Positions 40,381-55,200 of a stretch of 64,000 nucleotides of DNA are shown here, in pieces. This DNA comes from Eledone cirrhosa (taxonomy: Eukaryota). Numbering within the stretch: position 1 is the stretch's first letter; every line of letters begins with the position of its first letter. The stretch covers positions 210,676,001 to 210,740,000 of the forward strand of contig OZ024741.1 in NCBI GenBank assembly GCA_964016885.1. The letters run 5' to 3'. The notes beneath the pieces are model-generated. The model had not been told where the DNA came from. It made no database searches and saw nothing but the letters and a program-made list of their open reading frames with translations. The position numbers and the translations under genes were made by a program.

Positions 40381-43300
40381 GTCTCAGCCACATTCTACTG
40401 TCTCAGCATCAGTCCACCTATCTCAGCCTCAGTCCACTGTCTCAGTCTCAGTCCACCTATCTCAGCCACAGTCCACCTATCTCAGCCACAGTCCACTGTC
40501 TCAGCCGCAGTCCACTGTCTCAGCCACAGTCCACTGTCTCAGCATCAGTCCACCTATCTCAGCCTCAGTCCACTGTCTCAGTCTCAGTCCACCTATCTCA
40601 GCCACAGTCCACCTATCTCAGCCACAGTCCACTGTCTCAGCCTCAGTCCACTGTCTCAGCCACAGTCCACTTATCTCAGCCTCAGTCCACTGTCTCAGTC
40701 TCAGTCCACCTACCTCAGCCACAGTCCACTGTCTCAGCCTCAGTCCACTGTCTCAGCCTCAGTCCACTGTCTCAGCCTCAGTCCACCGTCTCAGCCACAG
40801 TCCACTGTCTCAGCCTCAGTCCACCTATCTCAGCCTCAGTCCACCTATCTCAGCCTCAGTCCACCGTCTCAGCCACAGTCCACTGTCTCAGCCTCAGTCC
40901 ACCTATCTCAGTCTCAGTCCACTGTCTCAGCCACAGTCCACTGTCTCAGTCTCAGTCCACTGTCTCAGCCTCAGTCCACTGTCTCAGCCTCAGTCCACTG
41001 TCTCAGTCTCAGTCCACCTATCTCAGTCTCAGTCCACCTATCTCAGCCACAGTCCACTGCCTCAGCCACAGTCCACTGTCTCAGTCTCAGTCCACCTATC
41101 TCAGTCTCAGGCCACTGTCTCAGCCACAGTCCACTGTCTCAGCCTCAGTCCACTGTCTCAGCCTCAGTCCACCTATCTCAACCACAGTCCACTGTCTCAG
41201 CCACAGTCCACTGTCTCTGCCTCAGTCCACTGTCTCAGCCACAGTCCACTTATCTCAGTCTCAGTCCACTGTCTCAGCCACAGTCCACTGTCTCAGTCTC
41301 AGTCCACTGTCTCAACCACAGTCCACTGTCTCAGCCACAGTCCACTGTCTCAGCCACAGTCCACCTATCTCAGCCACAGTCCACTGTCTCAGCCACAGTC
41401 CACTGTCTCAGCCTCAGTCCACTCTCTCAGCCACAGTCCACTTATCTCAGTCTCAGTCCACTGTCTCAGCCACAGTCCACTGTCTCAGCCTCAGTCCACC
41501 TATCTCAGCCACAGTCCACTTATCTCAGTCTCAGTCCACTGTCTCATCCTCAGTCAACCTATCTCAGCCACAGTCCACTGTCTCAGGCTCAGTCCACCTA
41601 TCTCAGTCTCAGTCCACCTATCTCAGCTTCAGTCCACCTATCTCAGCCGCAGTCCACCTATCTCAGCCTCAGTCCACTGTCTCAGTCTCAGTCCACTGTC
41701 TCAGCCACAGTCCACTGTCTCAGCCACAGTCCACCTATCTCAGCCTCAGTCCACTGTCTCAGTCTCAGTCCACTGTCTCAGCCACAGTCCACCTATCTCA
41801 GCCACAGTCCACCTATCTCAGCCACAGACCACTTATCTCAGTCTCAGTCCACCTATCTCAGTCTCAGTCCACTGTCTCAGCCTCAGTCCACCTATCTCAG
41901 TCACAGTCCACCTATCTCAGTCTCAGTCCACTGTCTCAGCCACAGACCACTTATCTCAGTCTCAGTCCACCTATCTCAGTCTCAGTCCACCTATCTCAGC
42001 CTCAGTCCACCTATCTCAGCCACAGTCCACCTATCTCAGCCACAGTCCACTGTCTCATCCTCAGTCAACCTATCTCAGCCACAGTCCACAGTCTCAGCCT
42101 CAGTCCACCTATCTCAGCCACAGTCTCACTGTCTCAGCCTCAGTCCACTCTCTCAGCCACAGTCCACTTATCTCAGTCTCAGTCCACTGTCTCAGCCACA
42201 GTCCACTGTCTCAGCCAGAGTCCACTTATCTCAGTCTCAGTCCACTGTCTCATCCTCAGTCAACCTATCTCAGCCACAGTCCACTGTCTCAGCATCAGTC
42301 CACTGTCTCAGCCACAGTCCACAGTCTCAGCCTCAGTCCACCTATCTCAGTCTCAGTCCACCTATCTCAGTCTCAGTCCACCTATCTCAGCTTCAGTCCA
42401 CCTATCTCAGCCTCAGTCCACTGTCTCAGTCTCAGTCCACTGTCTCAGCCACAGTCCACTGTCTCAGCCACAGTCCACCTATCTCAGCCTCAGTCCACTG
42501 TCTCAGTCTCAGTCCACTGTCTCAGCCACAGTCCACCTATCTCAGCCACAGTCCACCTATCTCAGCCACAGACCACTTATCTCAGTCTCAGTCCACCTAT
42601 CTCAGTCTCAGTCCACTGTCTCAGCCTCAGTCCACCTATCTCAGTCACAGTCCACCTATCTCAGTCTCAGTCCACTGTCTCAGCCACAGACCGCTTATCT
42701 CAGTCTCAGTCCACCTATCTCAGCCTCAGTCCACCTATCTCAGCCACAGTCCACCTATCTCAGCCACAGTCCACTGTCTCATCCTCAGTCCACCTATCTC
42801 AGTCTCAGTCCACTGTCTCAGCCACAGTCCACTGTCTCAGTCTCAGTCCACTGTCTCAGCCTCAGTCCACTGTCTCAGCCTCAGTCCACTGTCTCAGTCT
42901 CAGTCCACCTATCTCAGTCTCAGTCCACCTATCTCAGCCACAGTCCACTGCCTCAGCCACAGTCCACTGTCTCAGGCTCAGTCCACCTATCTCAGTCTCA
43001 GGCCACTGTCTCAGCCACAGTCCACTGTCTCAGCCTCAGTCCACTGTCTCAGCCTCAGTCCACCTATCTCAACCACAGTCCACTGTCTCAGCCACAGTCC
43101 ACTGTCTCTGCCTCAGTCCACTGTCTCAGTCTCAGTCCACTGTCTCAACCACAGTCCACTGTCTCAGCCACAGTCCACTGTCTCAGCCTCAGTACACCTA
43201 TCTCTGCCACAGTCCACTGTCTCAGCCTCAGTCCACTGTCTCAGCCTCAGTCCACTGTCTCAGCCTCAGTCCACTCTCTCAGCCACAGTCCACTTATCTC

Positions 43301-44389
43301 AGTCTCAGTCCACTGTCTCAGCCACAGTCCACTGTCTCAGCCTCAGTCCACCTATCTCAGCCACAGTCCACTTATCTCAGTCTCAGTCCACTGTCTCATC
43401 CTCAGTCAACCTATCTCAGCCACAGTCCACTGTCTCAGGCTCAGTCCACCTATCTCAGTCTCAGTCCACCTATCTCAGCTTCAGTCCACCTATCTCAGCC
43501 GCAGTCCACCTATCTCAGCCTCAGTCCACTGTCTCAGTCTCAGTCCACTGTCTCAGCCACAGTCCACTGTCTCATCCTCAGTCAACCTATCTCAGCCACA
43601 GTCCACAGTCTCAGCCTCAGTCCACCTATCTCAGCCACAGTCTCACTGTCTCAGCCTCAGTCCACTCTCTCAGCCACAGTCCACTTATCTCAGTCTCAGT
43701 CCACTGTCTCAGCCACAGTCCACTGTCTCAGCCTCAGTCCACCTATCTCAGCCACAGTCCACTTATCTCAGTCTCAGTCCACTGTCTCATCCTCAGTCAA
43801 CCTATCTCAGCCACAGTCCACTGTCTCAGCCTCAGTCCACTGTCTCAGCCACAGTCCACAGTCTCAGCCTCAGTCCACCTATCTCAGTCTCAGTCCACCT
43901 ATCTCAGTCTCAGTCCACCTATCTCAGCTTCAGTCCACCTATCTCAGCCACAGTCCACCTATCTCAGCCTCAGTCCACTGTCTCAGTCTCAGTCCACTGT
44001 CTCAGCCACAGTCCACTGTCTCAGCCACAGTCCACCTATCTCAGCCTCAGTCCACTGTCTCAGTCTCAGTCCACTGTCTCAGCCACAGTCCACCTATCTC
44101 AGCCACAGTCCACCTATCTCAGCCACAGACCACTTATCTCAGTCTCAGTACACCTATCTCAGTCTCAGTCCACTGTCTCAGCCTCAGTCCACCTACCTCA
44201 GTCACAGTCCACCTATCTCAGTCTCAGTCCACTGTCTCAGCCACAGACCGCTTATCTCAGTCTCAGTCCACCTATCTCAGCCTCAGTCCACCTATCTCAG
44301 CCACAGTCCACCTATCTCAGCCACAGTCCACTGTCTCATCCTCAGTCAACCTATCTCAGCCACAGTCCACAGTCTCAGCCTCAGTCCAC

Positions 44390-47300
44390 CTATCTCAGTC
44401 TCAGTCCACCTACCTCAGCCTCAGTCCACCTATCTCAGCCACAGTCCACTTATCTCAGTCTCAGTCCACTGTCTCATCCTCAGTCAACCTATCTCAGCCA
44501 CAGTACACTGTCTCAGCCTCAGTCCACTGTCTCAGCCACAGTCCACAGTCTCAGCCTCAGTCCACCTATCTCAGTCTCAGTCCACCTATCTCAGTCTCAG
44601 TCCACCTATCTCAGCTTCAGTCCACCTATCTCAGCCACAGTCCACCTATCTCAGCCTCAGTCGACTGTCTCAGTCTCAGTCCACTGTCTCAGCCACAGTC
44701 CACTGTCTCAGCCACAGTCCAACTATCTCAGCCTCAGTCCACTGTCTCAGTCTCAGTCCACTGTCTCAGCCACAGTCCACCTATCTCAGCCACAGTCCAC
44801 CTATCTCAGCCACAGACCACTTATCTCAGTCACAGTCCACCTATCTCAGTCTCAGTCCACTGTCTCAGCCACAGACCGCTTATCTCAGTCTCAGTCCACC
44901 TATCTCAGCCTCAGTCCACCTATCTCAGCCACAGTCCACCTATCTCAGCCACAGTCCACTGTCTCATCCTCAGTCAACCTATCTCAGCCACAGTCCACAG
45001 TCTCAGCCTCAGTCCACCGATCTCAGTCTCAGTCCACCTACCTCAGCCTCAGTCCACCTATCTCAGCCATAGTCCACCTATCTCAGCCACAGTCCACTGT
45101 CTCATCCTCAGTCAACCTATCTCAGCCACAGTCCACAGTCTCAGCCTCAGTCCACTGTCTCAGTCTCAGTCCACTGTCTCAGCCACAGTCCACTGTCTCA
45201 GCCTCAGTACACCTATCTCAGCCACAGTCCACTGTCTCAGCCTCAGTACACCTATCTCAGTCTCAGTCCACTGTCTCAGCCACAGTCCACTGTCTCAGCC
45301 ACAATCCACCTAACTCAGCCAGAGTCCACTGTCTCAGCCACAGTCCACTGTCTCAGCCTCAGTCCACTGTGTCAGCCTCAGTCCACCTATCTCAGCCACA
45401 GTCTACCTATCTCAGCCACAGTCCACTGTCTCAGCCTCAGTCCACCTATCTCAGCCACAGTCCACCTATCTCAGTCTCAGTCCACCTACCTCAGCCTCAG
45501 TCCACCTATCTCAGCCACAGTCCACGTATCTCAGCCACAGTCCACTATCTCAGCCTCAGTCCACTGTCTCAGTCTCAGTTCACAGTCTCAGCCACAGTCC
45601 ACTGTCTCAGCCACAGTCCACCTATCTCAGCCACAGTCCACTGTCTCAGCCTCAGTCCACCTATCTCAGCCACAGTCCACCTATCTCAGCCACAGTCCAC
45701 TGTCTCAGCCTCAGTCCACCTATCTCAGCCACAGTCCACCTATCTCAGCCACAGTCCACTGTCTCAGCCACAGTCCATTGTCTCAGCCTCAGTCCACTGT
45801 CTCAGCCTCAGTACACCTATCTCAGCCACAGTCCACTGTCTCAGCCTCAGTCCACCTATCTCAGCCACAGTCCACCTATCTCAGCCACAGTCCACTGTCT
45901 CAGCCACAGTCCACTGTCTCAGCCTCAGTCCACTGTCTCAGCCTCAGTCCACCTATCTCAGCCACAGTCCACTGTCTCAGCCACAGTCCACTGTCTCAGC
46001 CTCAGTTCACAGTCTCAGCCACAGTCCACTGTCTCAGCTACAGTCCACTGTCCGAGCCACAGTCCATTGTCTCAGCCTCAGTCCACTGTCTCAGCCTCAG
46101 TCCACTGTCTCAGCCTCAGTCCACTGTCTCAGCCTCAGTCCACTGTCTCAGCCTCAGTCCACTGTCTCAGCCTCAGTCCACCTATCTCAGCCACAGTTCA
46201 CCTATCTCAGCCACAGTCCACTGTCTCAGCCTCAGTCCACCTATCTCAGCCACAGTCCACCTATCTCAGCCACAGTCCACTGTCTCAGCCACAGTCCATT
46301 GTCTCAGCCTCAGTCCACTGTCTCATCCTCAGTACACCTATCTCAGCCACAGTCCACTGTCTCAGCCTCAGTCCACCTATCTCAGCCACAGTCCACCTAT
46401 CTCAGCCACAGTCCACTGTCTCAGCCACAGTCCATTGTCTCAGCCTCAGTCCACCGTCTCAGCCTCAGTACACCTATCTCAGCCACAGTCCACTGTCTCA
46501 GCCACAATCCACCTATCTCAGCCAGAGTCCACCGTCTCAGCCACAGTCCACTGTCTCAGCCACAGTCCACTGTCTCAGTCTCATTCCACTGTCTCAGCCT
46601 CAGTCCACCTATCTCAGTCTCAGTCCACTGTCTCTGCCTCAGTCCACCTATCTCAGTCACAGTCCACTGTCTCAGCCACAGTCCACTGTCTCAGCCACAG
46701 TCCACCTATCTCAGCCACAGTCCACCTATCTCAGCCACAGTCCACTTATCTCAGTCTCAGTCCACTGTCTCAGCCACAGTCCACTGTCTCAGTCTCAGTC
46801 CACTGTCTCAGCCTCAGTCCACTGTCTCAGCCTCAGTCCACTGTCTTAGCCTCAGTCCACCTATCTCAGTCTCAGTTCACTGTCTCAGCCACAGTCCACT
46901 GTCTCTATCTCGGTCCACCTATCTCAGCCACAGTCCACTGTCTCAGCCACAGTCCACTGTCTCAGCCACAGTCCACTGTCTCAGCTACAGTCCACTGTCT
47001 CAGCCACAGTCCACTGTCTCAGCCTCAGTCCACTGTCTCAGCCACAGTCCACTTATCTCAGCCTCAGTCCACTGTCTCAGTCTCAGTCCACCTATCTCAG
47101 CCACAGTCCACTTATCTCAGCCACAGTCCACTGTCTTAGCCTCAGTCCACTGTCTCAGCCACAGTCCACTGTCTCAGCCACAGACCACTTATCTCAGTCT
47201 CAGTCCACCTATCTCAGCCACAGTCCACTTATCTCAGTCTCAGTCCACTGTCTCAGCCACAGTCCACTGTCTCATCCTCAGTCCACCTATCTCAGCCACA

Positions 47301-50150
47301 GTCCACAGTCTCAGCCTCAGTCCACCTACCTCAGCCTCAGTCCACCTATCTCAGTCTCAGTCCACCTACCTCAGCCTCAGTCCACCTATCTCAGCCACAG
47401 TCCACTTATCTCAGTCTCAGTCCACTGTCTCATCCTCAGTCAACCTATCTCAGCCACAGTACACTGTCTCAGCCTCAGTCCACTGTCTCAGCCACAGTCC
47501 ACAGTCTCAGCCTCAGTCCACCTATCTCAGTCTCAGTCCACCTATCTCAGTCTCAGTCCACCTATCTCAGCTTCAGTCCACCTATCTCAGCCACAGTCCA
47601 CCTATCTCAGCCTCAGTCCACTGTCTCAGTCTCAGTCCACTGTCTCAGCCACAGTCCACTGTCTCAGCCACAGTCCAACTATCTCAGCCTCAGTCCACTG
47701 TCTCAGTCTCAGTCCACTGTCTCAGCCACAGTCCACCTATCTCAGCCACAGTCCACCTATCTCAGCCACAGACCACTTATCTCAGTCACAGTCCACCTAT
47801 CTCAGTCTCAGTCCACTGTCTCAGCCACAGACCGCTTATCTCAGTCTCAGTCCACCTATCTCAGCCTCAGTCCACCTATCTCAGCCACAGTCCACCTATC
47901 TCAGCCACAGTCCACTGTCTCATCCTCAGTCAACCTATCTCAGCCACAGTCCACAGTCTCAGCCTCAGTCCACCTATCTCAGTCTCAGTCCACCTACCTC
48001 AGCCTCAGTCCACCTATCTCAGCCATAGTCCACCTATCTCAGCCACAGTCCACTGTCTCATCCTCAGTCAACCTATCTCAGCCACAGTCCACAGTCTCAG
48101 CCTCAGTCCACTGTCTCAGTCTCAGTCCACTGTCTCAGCCACAGTCCACTGTCTCAGCCTCAGTACACCTATCTCAGCCACAGTCCACTGTCTCAGCCTC
48201 AGTACACCTATCTCAGTCTCAGTCCACTGTCTCAGCCACAGTCCACTGTCTCAGCCACAATCCACCTAACTCAGCCAGAGTCCACTGTCTCAGCCACAGT
48301 CCACTGTCTCAGCCTCAGTCCACTGTGTCAGCCTCAGTCCACCTATCTCAGCCACAGTCCACCTATCTCAGCCACAGTCCACTGTCTCAGCCTCAGTCCA
48401 CCTATCTCAGCCACAGTCCACCTATCTCAGTCTCAGTCCACCTACCTCAGCCTCAGTCCACCTATCTCAGCCACAGTCCACGTATCTCAGCCACAGTCCA
48501 CTATCTCAGCCTCAGTCCACTGTCTCAGTCTCAGTTCACAGTCTCAGCCACAGTCCACTGTCTCAGCCACAGTCCACCTATCTCAGCCACAGTCCACTGT
48601 CTCAGCCTCAGTCCACCTATCTCAGCCACAGTCCACCTATCTCAGCCACAGTCCACTGTCTCAGCCTCAGTCCACCTATCTCAGCCACAGTCCACCTATC
48701 TCAGCCACAGTCCACTGTCTCAGCCACAGTCCATTGTCTCAGCCTCAGTCCACTGTCTCAGCCTCAGTACACCTATCTCAGCCACAGTCCACTGTCTCAG
48801 CCTCAGTCCACCTATCTCAGCCACAGTCCACCTATCTCAGCCACAGTCCACTGTCTCAGCCACAGTCCACTGTCTCAGCCTCAGTCCACTGTCTCAGCCT
48901 CAGTCCACCTATCTCAGCCACAGTCCACTGTCTCAGCCACAGTCCACTGTCTCAGCCTCAGTTCACTGTCTCAGCCACAGTCCACTGTCTCAGCTACAGT
49001 CCACTGTCCGAGCCACAGTCCATTGTCTCAGCCTCAGTCCACTGTCTCAGCCTCAGTCCACTGTCTCAGCCTCAGTCCACTGTCTCAGCCTCAGTCCACT
49101 GTCTCAGCCTCAGTCCACTGTCTCAGCCTCAGTCCACCTATCTCAGCCACAGTTCACCTATCTCAGCCACAGTCCACTGTCTCAGCCTCAGTCCACCTAT
49201 CTCAGCCACAGTCCACCTATCTCAGCCACAGTCCACTGTCTCAGCCACAGTCCATTGTCTCAGCCTCAGTCCACTGTCTCATCCTCAGTACACCTATCTC
49301 AGCCACAGTCCACTGTCTCAGCCACAATCCACCTATCTCAGCCAGAGTCCACCGTCTCAGCCACAGTCCACTGTCTCAGCCACAGTCCACTGTCTCAGTC
49401 TCATTCCACTGTCTCAGCCTCAGTCCACCTATCTCAGTCTCAGTCCACTGTCTCTGCCTCAGTCCACCTATCTCAGTCACAGTCCACTGTCTCAGCCACA
49501 GTCCACTGTCTCAGCCACAGTCCACCTATCTCAGCCACAGTCCACCTATCTCAGCCACAGTCCACTTATCTCAGTCTCAGTCCACTGTCTCAGCCACAGT
49601 CCACTGTCTCAGTCTCAGTCCACTGTCTCAGCCTCAGTCCACTGTCTCAGCCTCAGTCCACTGTCTTAGCCTCAGTCCACCTATCTCAGTCTCAGTTCAC
49701 TGTCTCAGCCACAGTCCACTGTCTCTATCTCGGTCCACCTATCTCAGCCACAGTCCACTGTCTCAGCCACAGTCCACTGTCTCAGCCACAGTCCACTGTC
49801 TCAGCTACAGTCCACTGTCTCAGCCACAGTCCACTGTCTCAGCCTCAGTCCACTGTCTCAGCCACAGTCCACTTATCTCAGCCTCAGTCCACTGTCTCAG
49901 TCTCAGTCCACCTATCTCAGCCACAGTCCACTTATCTCAGCCACAGTCCACTGTCTCAGCCTCAGTCCACTGTCTCAGCCACAGTCCACTGTCTCAGCCT
50001 CAGACCACTTATCTCAGTCTCAGTCCACCTATCTCAGCCACAGTCCACTTATCTCAGTCTCAGTCCACTGTCTCAGCCACAGTCCACTGTCTCATTTTCA
50101 GTCCACCTATCTCAGCCACAGTCCACAGTCTCAGCCTCAGTCCACCTACC
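44390..50150. repeat. Higher-order duplication, offset 2956 bp, changing to 2820 bp after a 136-bp indel
   Basis: ORF starts 45369/48325, 45778/48734 and 46067/49023 give 2956. TAG stops ending at 46849/49669 give 2820. Confidence 0.88.
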
Positions 50151-52249
50151 TCAGCCTCAGTCCACCTATCTCAGCCACAGTCCACGTATCTCAGCCACAG
50201 TCCACTGTCTCAGCCTCAATCCACTGTCTCAGCCACAGTCCACTGTCTCAGCCTCAATACACCTATCTCAGCCACAGTCCACTGTCTCAGCCACAGTCCA
50301 CTGTCTCAGCCTCAGTCCACTATCTCAGCCACAGTCCACCTATCTCAGCCACAGTCCACTGTCTCAGCCACAGTCCACCTATCTCAGCCTCAGTCCACTG
50401 TCTCAGTCTCAGTCCACTGTCTCAGCCACAGTCCACTGTCTCAGCCTCAGTCCACCTATCTCAGCCACAGTCCACTTATCTCAGTCTCAGTCCACTGTCT
50501 CATCCTCAGTCAACCTATCTCAGCCACAGTCCACTGTCTCAGCCTCAGTCCACTGTCTCAGCCACAGTCCACAGACTCAGCCTCAGTCCACCTATCTCAG
50601 TCTCAGTCCACCTATCTCAGTCTCAGTCCACCTATCTCAGCTTCAGTCCACCTATCTCAGCCACAGTCCACCTATCTCAGCCTCAGTCCACTGTCTCAGT
50701 CTCAGTCCACTGTCTCAGCCACAGTCCACTGTCTCAGCCACAGTCCACCTATCTCAGCCCCAGTCCACTGTCTCAGTCTCAGTCCACTGTCTCAGCCACA
50801 GTCCACCTATCTCAGTCTCAGTCCACCTATCTCAGTCTCAGTCCACCTATCTCAGCCTCAGTCCACCTATCTCAGCCACAGTCCACCTATCTCAGCCACA
50901 GTCCACTGTCTCATCCTCAGTCAACCTATCTCAGCCACAGTCCACAGTCTCAGCCTCAGTCCACCTATCTCAGCCACAGTCTCACTGTCTCAGCCTCAGT
51001 CCACTCTCTCAGCCACAGTCCACTTATGTCAGTCTCAGTCCACTGTCTCAGCCACAGTCCACTGTCTCAGCCTCAGTCCACTGTCTCAGCCACAGTCCAC
51101 AGTCTCAGCCTCAGTCCACCTATCTCAGTCTCAGTCCACCTATCTCAGTCTCAGTCCACCTATCTCAGCTTCAGTCCACCTATCTCAGCCACAGTCCACC
51201 TATCTCAGCCTCAGTCCACTGTCTCAGTCTCAGTCCACTCTCTCAGCCACAGTCCACTGTCTCAGCCACAGTCCACTGTCTCAGCCACAGTCCACCTATC
51301 TCAGCCACAGTCCACCTATCTCAGCCACAGACCACTTATCTCAGTCTCAGTCCACCTATCTCAGTCTCAGTCCACTGTCTCAGCCTCAGTCCACCTATCT
51401 CAGTCACAGTCCACCTATCTCAGTCTCAGTCCACTGTCTCAGCCACAGACCACTTATCTCAGTCTCAGTCCACCTATCTCAGCCTCAGTCCACCTATCTC
51501 AGCCACAGTCCACCTATCTCAGCCAGAGTCCACTGTCTCATCCTCAGTCAACCTATCTCAGCCACAGTCCACAGTCTCAGCCTCAGTCCACCTATCTCAG
51601 TCTCAGTCCACCTACCTCAGCCTCAGTCCACCTATCTCAGCCATAGTCCACCTATCTCAGCCACAGTCCACTGTCTCATCCTCAGTCAACCTATCTCAGC
51701 CACAGTCCACAGTCTCAGCCTCAGTCCACTGTCTCAGTCTCAGTCCACTGTCTCAGCCACAGTCCACTGTCTCAGCCTCAGTACACCTATCTCAGCCACA
51801 GTCCACTGTCTCAGCCTCAGTACACCTATCTCAGTCTCAGTCCACTGTCTCAGCCACAGTCCACTGTCTCAGCCACAATCCACCTAACTCAGCCAGAGTC
51901 CACTGTCTCAGCCACAGTCCACTGTCTCAGCCTCAGTCCACTGTCTCAGCCTCAGTCCACCTATCTCAGCCACAGTCCACCTATCTCAGCCACAGTCCAC
52001 TGTCTCAGCCTCAGTCCACCTATCTCAGCCACAGTCCACCTATCTCAGTCTCAGTCCACTGTCTCAGCCACAGTCCACTGTCTCAGCATCAGTCCACCTA
52101 TCTCAGCCTCAGTCCACTGTCTCAGCCACAGTCCACTTATCTCAGCCTCAGTCCACTGTCTCAGTCTCAGTCCACCTACCTCAGCCACAGTCCACTGTCT
52201 CAGCCTCAGTCCACTGTCTCAGCCTCAGTCCACTGTCTCAGCCTCAGTC

Positions 52250-55200
52250 CACCGTCTCAGCCACAGTCCACTGTCTCAGCCTCAGTCCACCTATCTCAGC
52301 CTCAGTCCACCTATCTCAGCCTCAGTCCACCGTCTCAGCCACAGTCCACTGTCTCAGCCTCAGTCCACCTATCTCAGTCTCAGTCCACTGTCTCAGCCAC
52401 AGTCCACTGTCTCAGTCTCAGTCCACTGTCTCAGCCTCAGTCCACTGTCTCAGCCTCAGTCCACTGTCTCAGTCTCAGTCCACCTTTCTCAGTCTCAGTC
52501 CACCTATCTCAGCCACAGTCCACTGCCTCAACCACAGTCCACCTATCTCAGTCTCAGGCCACTGTCTCAGCCACAGTCCACTGTCTCAGCCTCAGTCCAC
52601 TGTCTCAGCCTCAGTCCACCTATCTCAACCACAGTCCACTGTCTCAGCCACAGTCCACTGTCTCTGCCTCAGTCCACTGTCTCAGCCACAGTCCACTTAT
52701 CTCAGTCTCAGTCCACTGTCTCAGCCACAGTCCACTGTCTCAGTCTCAGTCCACTGTCTCAACCACAGTCCACTGACTCAGCCACAGTCCACTGTCTCAG
52801 CCTCAGTACACCTATCTCTGCCACAGTCCACTGTCTCAGCCTCAGTCCACTGTCTCAGCCTCAGTCCACTGTCTCAGCCTCAGTCCACTCTCTCAGCCAC
52901 AGTGCACTTATCTCAGTCTCAGTCCACTGTCTCAGCCACAGTCCACTGTCTCAGCCTCAGTCCACCTATCTCAGCCACAGTCCACTTATCTCAGTCTCAG
53001 TCCACTGTCTCATCCTCAGTCAACCTATCTCAGCCACAGTCCACTGTCTCAGGCTCAGTCCACCTATCTCAGTCTCAGTCCACCTATATCAGCTTCAGTC
53101 CACCTATCTCAGCCGCAGTCCACCTATCTCAGCCTCAGTCCACTGTCTCAGTCTCAGTCCACTGTCTCAGCCACAGTCCACTGTCTCAGCCACAGTCCAC
53201 CTATCTCAGCCTCAGTCCACTGTCTCAGTCTCAGTCCACTGTCTCAGCCACAGTCCACCTATCTCAGCCACAGTCCACCTATCTCAGCCACAGACCACTT
53301 ATCTCAGTCTCAGTCCACCTATCTCAGTCTCAGTCCACTGTCTCAGCCTCAGTCCACCTATCTCAGTCACAGTCCACCTATCTCAGTCTCAGTCCACTGT
53401 CTCAGCCACAGACCACTTATCTCAGTCTCAGTCCACCTATCTCAGTCTCAGTCCACCTATCTCAGCCTCAGTCCACCTATCTCAGCCACAGTCCACCTAT
53501 CTCAGCCACAGTCCACTGTCTCATCCTCAGTCAACCTATCTCAGCCACAGTCCACAGTCTCAGCCTCAGTCCACCTATCTCAGCCAGAGTCTCACTGTCT
53601 CAGCCTCAGTCCACTCTCTCAGCCACAGTCCACCTATCTCAGCCTCAGTCCACTGTCTCAGTCTCAGTCCACTGTCTCAGCCACAGTCCACTGTCTCAGC
53701 CACAGTCCACCTATCTCAGCCTCAGTCCACTGTCTCAGTCTCAGTCCACTGTCTCAGCCACAGTCCACCTATCTCAGCCACAGTCCACCTATCTCAGCCA
53801 CAGACCACTTATCTCAGTCTCAGTCCACCTATCTCAGTCTCAGTCCACTGTCTCAGCCTCAGTCCACCTATCTCAGTCACAGTCCACCTATCTCAGTCTC
53901 AGTCCACTGTCTCAGCCACAGACCACTTATCTCAGTCTCAGTCCACCTATCTCAGTCTCAGTCCACCTATCTCAGCCTCAGTCCACCTATCTCAGCCACA
54001 GTCCACCTATCTCAGCCACAGTCCACTGTCTCATCCTCAGTCAACCTATCTCAGCCACAGTCCACAGTCTCAGCCTCAGTCCACCTATCTCAGCCACAGT
54101 CTCACTGTCTCAGCCTCAGTCCACTCTCTCAGCCACAGTCCACTTATCTCAGTCTCAGTCCACTGTCTCAGCCACAGTCCACTGTCTCAGCCTCAGTCCA
54201 CCTATCTCAGCCACAGTCCACTTATCTCAGTCTCAGTCCACTGTCTCATCCTCAGTCAACCTATCTCAGCCACAGTCCACTGTCTCAGCCTCAGTCCACT
54301 GTCTCAGCCACAGTCCACAGTCTCAGCCTCAGTCCGCCTATCTCAGTCTCAGTCCACCTATCTCAGTCTCAGTCCACCTATCTCAGCTTCAGTCCACCTA
54401 TCTCAGCCACAGTCCACCTATCTCAGCCTCAGTCCACTGTCTCAGTCTCAGTCCACTGTCTCAGCCACAGTCCACCTATCTCAGCCTCAGTCCACTGTCT
54501 CAGTCTCAGTCCACTGTCTCAGCCACAGTCCACCTATCTCAGCCACAGTCCACCTATCTCAGCCACAGACCACTTATCTCAGTCTCAGTCCACCTATCTC
54601 AGTCTCAGTCCACTGTCTCAGCCTCAGTCCACCTATCTCAGTCACAGTCCACCTATCTCAGTCTCAGTCCACTGTCTCAGCCACAGACCACTTATCTCAG
54701 TCTCAGTCCACCTATCTCTGCCTCAGTCCACCTATCTCAGCCACAGTCCACCTATCTCAGCCACAGTGCACTGTCTCATCCTCAGTCAACCTATCTCAGC
54801 CACAGACCACAGTCTCAGCCTCAGTCCACCTATCTCAGTCTCAGTCCACCTACCTCAGCCTCAGTCCACCTATCTCAGCCATAGTCCACCTATCTCAGCC
54901 ACAGTCCACTGTCTCATCCTCAGTCAACCTATCTCAGCCTCAGTCCACTGTCTCAGTCTCAGTCCACTGTCTCAGCCACAGTCCACTGTCTCAGCCTCAG
55001 TACACCTATCTCAGCCACAGTCCACTGTCTCAGCCTCAGTACACCTATCTCAGTCTCAGTCCACTGTCTCAGCCACAGTCCAGTGTCTCAGCCACAATCC
55101 ACCTAACTCAGCCAGAGTCCACTGTCTCAGCCACAGTCCACTGTCTCAGCCTCAGTCCACTGTGTCAGCCTCAGTCCACCTATCTCAGCCACAGTCCACC

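Noticed and set aside
52897-54775. V(D)J RSS heptamer resemblance (CACAGTC in the consensus; exact CACAGTG in rare variants near 52898 and 54762)
   Set aside because: There is no ACAAAAACC nonamer at 12- or 23-bp spacing and no gene segments. The exact heptamers are single substitutions of the consensus.
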